From positions 6,942 to 70,941 of the forward strand of contig JBBSVX010000013.1 in the NCBI GenBank assembly GCA_038046585.1: a DNA stretch of 64,000 nt, read 5' to 3'. The number at the start of each line of letters is the position of its first letter. Position 1 is the first letter of the stretch. The DNA comes from an archaeon. GTDB lineage: Archaea; Iainarchaeota; Iainarchaeia; Iainarchaeales; JAAZKV01. Made by a program: the position numbers and the translations under genes. Shown piece by piece: positions 48,473-58,400 of this stretch. A model generated the notes under the pieces. The model made no database searches. It was not told the DNA's origin and worked only from the letters and a program-made list of their open reading frames with translations.

Positions 48473-48571
48473 TCATTTCAACAAATCATCAATCTTCTTC
48501 AAACTTTCAATTCCTTGCCCCTCAAACAATTTTTCCTTGTCTTTTGAGAGTTTGGCTTTTATTTTCAACAA
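48473..48571 (-). CDS. 32-aa ORF between uS15 and eS1; possible remnant of KEOPS Pcc1
   Basis: TTG start after an AGGTG SD. Translates as MLKIKAKLSKDKEKLFEGQGIESLKKIDDLLK and fills the intergenic gap. The identity is inferred from position only. Confidence 0.4.
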   Translation of the reverse strand: MLKIKAKLSKDKEKLFEGQGIESLKKIDDLLK

Positions 48572-48586
48572 GTAACACCTTTTATT

Positions 48587-48997
48587 TTACTTTACTAAAA
48601 GTGCAGCTTGTTCTGGCGTGTACCTCCAACCAGTAGGTATTCTTTTCTTTTCAGCGTAATATTTTGTAAGTCTTCTTATCTTAGAAACTGTAAGTTCGTA
48701 ACCTCTTTTTGCGGAATAGTCTTTCTTGTTCTTTTCCATGTGTCTGAAGAGAACTACGCTTCTTCTGATTAGGTTAAGCAAGTCTTCTGGCATTTCGCCT
48801 ATGAGCTTGTGCTCTTTAAGTATCATTTGAACGCTTTTTCCGCTGGCTTCAACTATTTCTTTTACTCCGTGTTCGTCTCTAAGTATTACTCCTATTGCGC
48901 TTGGAGAGTGACCTGCGTTAGCTAAGGATACAACTATCTCTTCGATTTCAGCGCTTGAAATTGCAGCCTTATCTGTCTTTTTTGTTTTCTTAGCCAT
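48587..48997 (-). CDS. rps15: 30S ribosomal protein uS15
   Basis: SPSAIGVILRDEHGV, MPEDLLNLI, SKIRRLTKYY, WRY. Confidence 0.93.
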   Translation of the reverse strand: MAKKTKKTDKAAISSAEIEEIVVSLANAGHSPSAIGVILRDEHGVKEIVEASGKSVQMILKEHKLIGEMPEDLLNLIRRSVVLFRHMEKNKKDYSAKRGYELTVSKIRRLTKYYAEKKRIPTGWRYTPEQAALLVK

Positions 48998-49156
48998 TTC
49001 TATCACATTTAACCTTCCTAACCTTTTCTTTGGGCTTAGGAAAGAACAACAAAATTATGATATATTTAGTGAAAATAACATTTATAAAGCTACCATTTTG
49101 TCCGAGAAAAAACGCCTTTTGCCACTCATCCCCTGACACATGAAGAAGAGGTCATT

Positions 49157-49774
49157 TCAGTGGTATCTCGCTCTCTTTTCAATCGCTTCCATTTTGAGAA
49201 TCATTTCCTGGCCAGGAGAATACCCTTTGAGCACCTTGCTCCAGCCGTTCTTCAGCGAGGAGTGGGTGGCGTTGAATGTTTTTTTGAATACTATTAGATC
49301 GGTCGCTTTGTCTTCAACTTTTTTTGAAAAAGATCCAAGACCAAAGTCCACGAATACTAAATTTGATTTTCTTCCTTTTGATGAATCAAGTTTGTCCGAC
49401 ACAATAATGTTTGAGGTTGTCAAGTCGCCATGAATTATTCCCGCATCGTGCAGTTTTTTTATTTCTCTTCCAGCCTCTTCGCAAAGAGCAGGGGTTTTTT
49501 CAATTGCTTCTTTTAGCGCGACCCCTTCAACAAATTCCATTATTATTTCGCATGATTTATCGTCCACTTTCAATATGTGAGGAACATTTACTGCACTAGC
49601 GGCTTCTTTGATGAGTTTTGCTTCGGATCTTGTGCGAAGTTTTCTTATCGAATCGTCAAGCGTTTTTTCGCGATAACCTTTTGAGATTCTTTTTTTTGAA
49701 AGAGCACATATTCCTTCAAAATCTGTTTTTGAGAGCTCGGCTTCTGCGCCTTTTTTGTAAAAGTTTTTTGGCAT
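49157..49774 (-). CDS. bud32: KEOPS complex kinase Bud32
   Basis: KGAEAEL, KKRISKGYR, IIHGDLTTSN, VDFGLG, EDKATDL, RARY C-terminus. Confidence 0.93.
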   Translation of the reverse strand: MPKNFYKKGAEAELSKTDFEGICALSKKRISKGYREKTLDDSIRKLRTRSEAKLIKEAASAVNVPHILKVDDKSCEIIMEFVEGVALKEAIEKTPALCEEAGREIKKLHDAGIIHGDLTTSNIIVSDKLDSSKGRKSNLVFVDFGLGSFSKKVEDKATDLIVFKKTFNATHSSLKNGWSKVLKGYSPGQEMILKMEAIEKRARYH

Positions 49775-49793
49775 AAGTGGAATTTTTGCGATT

Positions 49794-50312
49794 TTATTGT
49801 TCGCCGCATGCGCTCTCTATAGAATCTTTTATTTCAATCGCAGTTATGCGGTATTCTCTCACAGAATCGAGCTGATATAATCTTAATTTTGCAATATCGT
49901 CAGGCCCTAGCGAAGACATTAGAGAAATTGCCTTGTCAGCATAGGAAATTGAGAGCGATACATAATCGCGTGTCGCAAGAACCTCTTTTGATTCGCATCT
50001 CATGCCGTCATAACTAAATGAGCTTGAAGAATCAAGCGCTTTGAAAAGATAATACAGAGTTTGCGCGGATTCAAGTTCAGAGTCTATTACTCTTGAAGCC
50101 ATCATGGAAGATTTTCCCCTCAATCTTGATAGTGCGCTGATATAATCATTCATTACGCTCTGATCGGAAGAGAACTTATCAACCACATCGTATTTTTGCT
50201 TTAACGAAGATAATTCGTTGAATGTGGCTGTATCGCTTTGTGTTCCAAGGCATCCGCCAAGGAAAACTAGTGCAAGTAACGCTGCAAGAAATACTGGCGC
50301 CGCGAGCTTCAT
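49794..50312 (-). CDS. Putative lipoprotein
   Basis: Signal peptide with lipobox FLGGC. Confidence 0.7.
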   Translation of the reverse strand: MKLAAPVFLAALLALVFLGGCLGTQSDTATFNELSSLKQKYDVVDKFSSDQSVMNDYISALSRLRGKSSMMASRVIDSELESAQTLYYLFKALDSSSSFSYDGMRCESKEVLATRDYVSLSISYADKAISLMSSLGPDDIAKLRLYQLDSVREYRITAIEIKDSIESACGEQ

Positions 50313-50370
50313 AATGACAATATGAGGCGAAAAGGAGTATTAAATGCTTTTGATTGCCTGCTAAAAACCG

Positions 50371-52320
50371 CTAAATTTGCTTGATTTGTCTCTTCTTAGA
50401 AGCCATAGAAATAAGGGCTATTGAAATCATAGCCACTGCAAGCGCTAAAAATACTGAGTTGTCAGGGATGCTTGCTTGTATTTCTTTTTGTTTTGGGGCA
50501 AGAGTGATTGTTTTACTGCAAATATCACAAGGAGCCGGAATTGTTGCTGTCAAATTATAAATAGTGTTTTCATCAAGACCCAAAGTCGAACTCACTGTAA
50601 AATCTGATTTTATCAAAGGACAGGGAATTTTCGTTTGTGTCATTGGGATGCTTTGTCCATTTGCACCGACAAACAATAAATTCGCATCAAGATTAGATGA
50701 ACATTTTATCGACCCAGATATTTTGTTTCCGTCAAGGGTTCCTTCAAAAATCTCTATTGATTTAGCTCCGCCTGTTGGGTCGATAAGCGTCCCGGTACCT
50801 CCAGGAACAGAGGACACTACGCATAGCCCATTATTGAAGCCATATCCGCTTGCACAGTAGTACTCGCACTTGTCTTTAAGGGTGCAGGAGTAAGATGTCG
50901 AGCCGACAAGCTTTCTATTCGCATTCGCCAAAAGCCCTTGGTTGTCGTTTGTGCAAAGGACTGCGTTTGAGGGCATCTCCCCGGTGCATAAAAATAGCCC
51001 AACCGGTATCTCTGTACACGATGAGCCTGAGATTTCATACCTCTCTTTGCAGTAATACTCGCATTTTGACGCATCAGTGCAGGAGTTTACTACGGTTCTC
51101 GGAGTTGGAGCCGACAAATTTTGATCATCATAATCGCACATGATTGCGTTGGCATCTATGGTTTCTGTGCACGAATATTTAGTCGCAACACAGGCTCCCC
51201 CAACATAGGCATATCCTTCCTTGCAATAGTATTGGCATTTTGCAGCAGCGGTGCATGCGCTTTTTGAGGACACCATGGTTCTGGAAGTATTTGCTGTCAG
51301 GTTAGAATCATCTCCGTCGCAGACAACCGCGGCACCAGTCGCCTCCGCCTCACCCGTACAATAATAACAATTGGCCGCATTTGTTCGCTTGAATTGGCAC
51401 ACCGCACCGAAATCAGAGCCTCCTCCGTCATTCATCCGTGCATTTTCATCGATACATTTTTCCAATACAAATGATGTGAAGGCCATCGACGATACCGAGC
51501 AATTTATTCTTCCAAGCTTCCCCCCGTCTGAGTAAAGATAAGGATAAGTCGCGGCTGGAAATGCGCTCACGAGTTGATTGCAAGTGTCGTTTATCTGCAG
51601 ACCTAAAGGGTATGTTGAAATCGAGCAGGGAAGGCGATTTGGAGCATAATTTCCTTTTACAGTTAATATGTGCTGGAGACGTTCAGAAGTGGAAGAAACA
51701 TTTGCGGTAAAATTTGTCATTCCTACTGTTGTGTATCCTGCGAATGAATATCCTTTGCACGCCGTGTCTTTGGCAGTCATATCCTTGCCTGTACTATAGT
51801 CGAGACAATATCTAATGTTGTTGACATCAAAATACTCGTTGTCCGCACAGGAATAGCAATCTCTATTTGCGAGATCCCCTGCGGTACATTCAGAAGACTG
51901 AGGGGCAAAGCATACACAAACTCCGTTTTCGTCCACGCTTCCGTCGCAGTCATTGTCCGCCCCATCGCATATCTCAGTCAGAGGGGTGCAGCAAGATTCA
52001 GTTTGTGTGCTGGTGCTGTCCGAGATCCATGCATTACAATGACCTGTAGGACTACAACCGCTTCCGGAAACGTCACCACAATTTCCATAATAATTAGTGC
52101 ATGTCTGGCTATGAAGGCCGTTTGTGCATGCGCTCCAGGCGCCGCAACTTGGCTGAGGGACTGTATTGCTATTAGGGCTTGAAGTGCAGCCACTTTCTAC
52201 CGGACCACATGAATAGGATGTACCGGCGCTTATCCCTCCTGTGCCGCAAGATACTGAAAAAGAAAAAGAGACGATAAAAATTACAAGAAGGACTATTGAA
52301 AGCAACGCTCTTGGAAACAT
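50371..52320 (-). CDS. Cys-rich surface protein with a MopE-like motif, three tandem Cys repeats and a C-terminal IPDN-TM-basic tail
   Basis: Signal peptide, EICDGADNDCDGSVDE, three CT...C..DD..L...R..V...C....KC.YYC repeats, ASIPDNSVFLALAVAMISIALISMASKKR. Confidence 0.8.
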   Translation of the reverse strand: MFPRALLSIVLLVIFIVSFSFSVSCGTGGISAGTSYSCGPVESGCTSSPNSNTVPQPSCGAWSACTNGLHSQTCTNYYGNCGDVSGSGCSPTGHCNAWISDSTSTQTESCCTPLTEICDGADNDCDGSVDENGVCVCFAPQSSECTAGDLANRDCYSCADNEYFDVNNIRYCLDYSTGKDMTAKDTACKGYSFAGYTTVGMTNFTANVSSTSERLQHILTVKGNYAPNRLPCSISTYPLGLQINDTCNQLVSAFPAATYPYLYSDGGKLGRINCSVSSMAFTSFVLEKCIDENARMNDGGGSDFGAVCQFKRTNAANCYYCTGEAEATGAAVVCDGDDSNLTANTSRTMVSSKSACTAAAKCQYYCKEGYAYVGGACVATKYSCTETIDANAIMCDYDDQNLSAPTPRTVVNSCTDASKCEYYCKERYEISGSSCTEIPVGLFLCTGEMPSNAVLCTNDNQGLLANANRKLVGSTSYSCTLKDKCEYYCASGYGFNNGLCVVSSVPGGTGTLIDPTGGAKSIEIFEGTLDGNKISGSIKCSSNLDANLLFVGANGQSIPMTQTKIPCPLIKSDFTVSSTLGLDENTIYNLTATIPAPCDICSKTITLAPKQKEIQASIPDNSVFLALAVAMISIALISMASKKRQIKQI

Positions 52321-52422
52321 GCACTATTAAGCAGTTTTATCCTTAATAAATGTTTGAGTCAATGCTTTTCAAATATCTTGCCAAAGAATAGATTCCTAAA
52401 TGTTTAATAAGTTTATATAAAT

Positions 52423-55400
52423 TTAGTCGCAGCCGTATGAGCTGCCCGAGGTCACGTCATCTATCATTTCTAGCAGGTGCTCTTCATTCCACCATACTTT
52501 GAGCGATTTATCTGATGATTGGCTTATGCACATCGTTTCTTCTCTGACGCTGTCAAGCACGAATTGTAGTGTGTCGTAATCTTCAACCCTGGGGTAGTCG
52601 TCAGGATCAATTTTTTCTGCATCAAAATTGTTTAAAACTAGCGAAGTTGTGTGGGGCCTGTTTGGATTTCTTAACTTAGCATAGCTGTCGAGCGAATTGT
52701 TTTGTTCGTCAGCTATTCTTGCGGCGGCTATCATTGAGGAAGCTACTTTTGGGGCGAAGAAGGTGGTCGCAAGGTTTATTGTTCCCGCTTCTGTCCCGGT
52801 CCAGCTCATGGATTTTACCCCATTTTCCGTTTCGGATTCAATGAATCTTCTTATGCTTTCCCCCGAAAAGTCAATGCATTCTCTGCCACCCATTGTTGAA
52901 CCTAGCATATACCATTCTTTGTTTGGCGCTTGAACTATTGGCTGAGATTGCTGTGAAAGATTTATCAAAGAATAGCTTGCTTTAGCTTTGCCATCGGCGC
53001 TTTTCACATTCATTATCATCGGCGAAGGGTTTGACGGGTTGAATATCATTCTCTTCGAAGCAGTGTCATAAGTCAACACTATTCCTGATGCCAAGTCATC
53101 AAGGGCCTGCGAAGAATCATAATCTATTGTAGTTGTTGCGCCAGAATATGAATGTGCTTTTGTTGTAGAATTGAGTTTTAGTTCGCCTCCGCTTATTGAT
53201 GCCCCAAATCCGGTTCTTGCGAAATTAGTTCCATTCGTTCCTATCTCGCCGTCGAATGGAGTTTCATATAAAGGAGTATAATTAGGGGCTTTTCTTATCG
53301 GAGCAAGTGTCACAGTTATTGTCGCATTAGGAGCGTTGTTATCAAAGAGATTTAAGTAATCAGGATTATCAAGTTCTAATCCTATTTCGACTCTGTATAA
53401 TCCACCATAAGGAAGTTGTGTCTCGCTAGCCCCATCTTTTCTTAGCTGGAACTTGAGTCTGTTTGAAGTTATGAACTGGTCAAATCCTCTTATAGTGCCT
53501 ACAGTATTAAAGTACGAATCTGCGTTTGCGAGTTCCTGAGAGTAATATTCATCAAACGAAGTCAAGAAATCTTGCGAGTAATTGTCCGCAATAAGCATCG
53601 CGTTATATACGCTAAGTTCGGCAACTTCATTAGGCTTGTTTGCAATCAAGTAGCGCTGCATTAATGCGAGTTTCTTAAAGAGCGTGACAGTGAACTGTGC
53701 CGCGTCGCAATATACTGCTTGATCGTTTTGCGAGTCGCAAGCTTCGTCGTCTATTTGCTGCCAGTTCCAATTGAACAATACTTTGGGAACAAATTCTTCT
53801 CCTGTTGCTCCGGCAGTTCCATCGGCTGCGTAACAAAGTGACGGCTGACCAACGAGTTTCACTTGGAACACGCGTTCGCTCTTTACTAACACCCCATTCT
53901 CATCCATTATCCAATCGGCAACTGTTACGGCGGCGTATTCTTGGCCTAGCAAATTATTTTTTGAAACATTGAAATCGATTGTGTTCGAATCTATTTCGGG
54001 AAGGCCAATATATTCGGCGTACACGTGGCCGTTTTTTAGGAACATTCTCAAATATTGCTTTCCTTCGTTGTTTACTGGTATTGTGTCAGTTGGGATGTAG
54101 TACATTGCGTTCCCTGTTCCATCATATTCTACTAACGGGTCGGCTGCCGGTCTTATTACCCATTTCATCCAGCCACAGTTTGTTTCTGTGCTATTTCTGC
54201 AATTTTCAATGTCATCTATTGTCCAATTTACTTTGCTTTCGCATGTAGTATCGCCAACGACGCATCCTTGTGTATAATCAACTGCAGCGTGCTCAGGATT
54301 TACAAAACCGTTAGAATACATCGGACCCATAGTGTAATAACTGTAAGGGAATGCTTTCCCTTCTCCTGATGCGTATCCGTCGGAGCTCTCGTCGACTTCG
54401 GTCCATTGTGGAATAGGGGAGGCTTCGCCGTACGAACCTAAATCGTGAACTACTCCTTCTTCGGCGTTGATGCTAACATTCTTATCAAAGTATCCTCTTC
54501 TTTCATGAATTATTTCTCCGCCTCTCATGAGCTCGAACTGGATATAGAGATCTGCCGGCTCGTCGTCACATCCGAAGAGAGAGCAATCAGTGTCTCCGTC
54601 TGCAGAAGTTTTGAAGTAGTGGAGTCCGCCCCCAAGATAACCTGCTTCAACTAATTGACAATCTTCGCACCCGCTTGTCCCAAGAACTACATAGCACATA
54701 TCGCCTTTTTCGGTTATCCCAAGCCACAATGGAGAATTTCTATACCATCTTTGAGGAGAAGCTAAGTCATACCACTTTCCATCAGAGCCTTTCCAAACAG
54801 TCCCTATGTGGGTGCCGGATTTGCTCATTACATTTGGATCCAACGACAACCCTATACTGCCTGAAGCGGATATCCTTTCAGTATCCTCATTATTCCAAAG
54901 GAATACGGGCCAACCCAAATATTCTATGTATTGGTCCCAAGGGTAAAGCATATTTTTGCATGGAGCTCCAGAGTCACCGGCGGATGAAGTACTTGGGCAA
55001 GTATTTGCGTCATTATAAGTATAGGCTCCTGAAGTGGTCTCATAAGTCGAAGGAAGCTCTGCTGTTCCTGCAACAAATTCACCATACAGTCCAACAGAAG
55101 GAGTTATTGGCCACCCCCCAGAATCTACTTGCGTAGTAAGAGTAGTTGCTTGAAATGAAGCTTTTTTTGCTTTGGCATTTATATTTTCTTTTGAAGACAT
55201 TTCTCCCGAATCTGCGGAAGTATCGCTTGTTTCCCAATCTGAAGGAATTGGCAATCTATAAAGAGGCAAATCTGGATTTGTGATATTTAGATCCGGTTCT
55301 GGTTTTTCAATCGATTCACCATTATACTCAAAAGTGTTTGCGGTGTCTTCAAAATCCGAAAAACAATTCAGTTCCTCAGCTTTTGAACCTGGAACAGGCT

Positions 55401-58400
55401 GTGCTTCTGCATCTCCGCCATCGCCATCACTCTTGTGATGGAAAATTGATGACCCAATTGTGCTTTGCCAGAATCCTTCAAGAGCCGAACCGATTACTGT
55501 GACATTGAAATCAATCTTCTTCGGATTGCCCGGCTTTTTGTATTGAAGCGAAACGCTGCCGGTACTGATATCCATCTTTGGGTAAAAATTATCATATCTT
55601 CCTTCAAAGCACTTGTTGATTATTTTTCCGGGCAAGAGTGTGTTTGTTCTTAAATCATAAATTGCTTCTGTGAGTTCAAAGCAGGAAGATGGGTCTGATA
55701 TTACTATGTCAAACGAGGCTACTCTTTTTGCATTGTTTGAATCTGTAACTGATATTGGGTATGCTCCAAGCATTGGATAATTTTCAGGAGCTACAAGTCT
55801 GGCGTTTGCAAGTACTGAAATCTCGATTGATGAATCGGCGGGGATTGTTGCGGTCATCGGGGATACTATTGCGCCATCACTTTGAACCGAAATGTTTCTT
55901 GCTGAAGGACAACTGGATTCTATTGTGAATGTTTTTGTTGCATCGTTTTCAATGTTTAGGCGAGGATTAGCTTGAGTGGATATATCTACGCCGGCAATCT
56001 TGATTGAAAGGCACTCTGTTTCTGCCACCGGCAAAGAAGGGGCGAGTTTTGAAAGTTTTATTGTAAGGGTTCCGGGTAATGCGCCCTCATCATCCCATGT
56101 GGTGAAAAGGACATCTGTTCCTGCCGAATAATTCAAAAAGCTTAATGAAGTCAATTGTATTCCATTTTGATCAGTAGTGCCTTCGCTCACAAGTTCTTTT
56201 TCTCCGCCTGAAAGTATTGTTTCTGCTTTCCAGTGAGCCGTAACCCTATTATTGCCTGAAGTGTATTTTGTTTTTATGTACACAAAAGGGTTTTCTGAAT
56301 TTGCTTGCATGCTTTCAGGAGCGACAATTATTTGTAATTGATCTTTTTTGGCTATCCAAAGCCTGAAGGGAGCGCTGTTTCCCGCGTACCATTTTAACCT
56401 ATCTTGGCCGTCTTTCATTTGCTCTACTGATTCATACGCTTTTGCCGAGGAAGATGCAGTCTTTAGCATCAATGAAAACTCTTTTGGCAAGGCGTCCGAT
56501 AATGGGCCCAAGTTTATTTGCATAGAAGATGAATTTTTGTCTGTGTCAAAAGCCAATCTGTCATAAACTTCAGCCTTGACAAAAAGCAACAGATCCGATA
56601 ACCCTATTGCTTCATCAGTCGTGTTCGAAACAATAACCTTCACTTTATAATCGTCGCCAATCAAAACGCGGTAAGGTTCTTCTCCCATTGGAACGTATGC
56701 CCGCTGGTTCCACTTTATGTAATTGCTGAAAAGGAAAACTGGGCAGTCTCTGAGGCAAAACTCCTGCCCAATATTAAAGTCTTTTGAGTATAGCAAGCTG
56801 TTGTCGTCGCCAAAAAGCCCTTGCCAAGATATCTTCGCTGGGCCAATTGCGTTTGCGTCAACTTTTATTGAAACCACTATCGGGATTGATTTTGGTCCTT
56901 GGAGGGTAGCTATTGAAACGTTTGCTTGTTTTGCTAGCGAAGAAACTAGAGAATTTGAGTCAATTGAGATTCTCATCGAATCCATGTTTGAGGAAAGCAG
57001 ATTAATTGCACCCGATATTGATTGGACGGAATTAATTGAAATGTTGTCGTTGATGTCGAGTGTTTTTTTAAGCGCATTTCCAATATAAAAGTTTGAGAGC
57101 AGATCAAGTGACTCTTCCTTGTTTGCTACAAAAGTGAATAGCAAGAAGTATTCGTTGTTTGGCAAAAGAGTATCTGCAACTGCGGCTTGGGTTGATAGGG
57201 GGTTTGATTTGTACACTTGATTTAGGAATATCTGTGGAACTCGAGCGTTAGGAAGCTGGGTTGGTATTAGGTATATTTCTCTTTGCTGATTCCCTCTTTT
57301 TATCCTAAACACTGTTGTTTCATAGCTAAAGAAATTGGAATCATTTATGAGCAGCATTAATTCTGTGTTAACTTTCAGGGTCTTTGTAGTATACATTCCG
57401 CTTTTCGCCAGGGCTGATTCGGCTTTAATAAACTGGCCTCCGAATTCACGGGTGTAAAGTTCAAGCGCCGGACTCACCGAGTCCCCTTTTTGGGAGTAAA
57501 ATTTGAACTTGTAAGTTCCAGTCCCAAGTATTATCATGACGTTGATATCTAGTTTTGAATTTGACCCTAGGGAAGTATTTGCTTCGCCTTCGGAATCTTT
57601 AGAACTAGCCTTTATTGTATAACTTGATTCAGGCAGGGATTTGAATATTGCTTTTCCGTTCCTGTCCGAAACGTCATTTTCTATTTCAAAGGGGATTCCG
57701 GGGATGTAAAGCATCACTCTTGCTTCCGAAACTTTTTCATACGCATCATCTATAACGCTTATATCTATCTCTGATCCGCCCTGGTTCAGCTGTACTTCTT
57801 GTGGATTGGAATTTGAGTCTAAAAGGTTCACAAGTACTACCGCGGTTTTATAGCCCGGTTTTTTTATTAGCGCCCTTAGGGTTGTTGAAAAATCAATCGA
57901 TTTTTCTAGAATAGTTCTTTTCTGGATTTCGCCGGATCCGGAAGTTGAAAGATCGGGAGATATCGTGTTCGCATCTGAAAATAATTTTACTTTTGCCCCG
58001 GCAACTGGAGTGTTTCCGTCAAGGATTTTGACCCAAATATATTTGTTGTTACTATGGTCCACTGGTTTTGTTGCATCAACTTCGAACTCTACCCTAATGT
58101 CTTTGATTTCCTTTGCGAGTATTTCAAATGAACCTTTTTGCATTTCTCCGCTGATCTTGCTTATCGCCACAAAAGAATATTCCCCGGCATTTATCTTCTC
58201 CGTCGCCACTCCACTTTTGTCTGTGTAAAGCGTCAGTGATTTTTTTGTGAGCGCACTTGTAAGAACAATTTCAATTTCTGACTGGGCTTTGCTTTTGCTT
58301 TCTGCCGAAAATATTACTGTGCCTTCAGTGATTGTTTTTTCTAAAGCAATTGAAAGTCGCTGATCGGTTGGATTAAGAGTTATTGTTTTTTCATCATACC

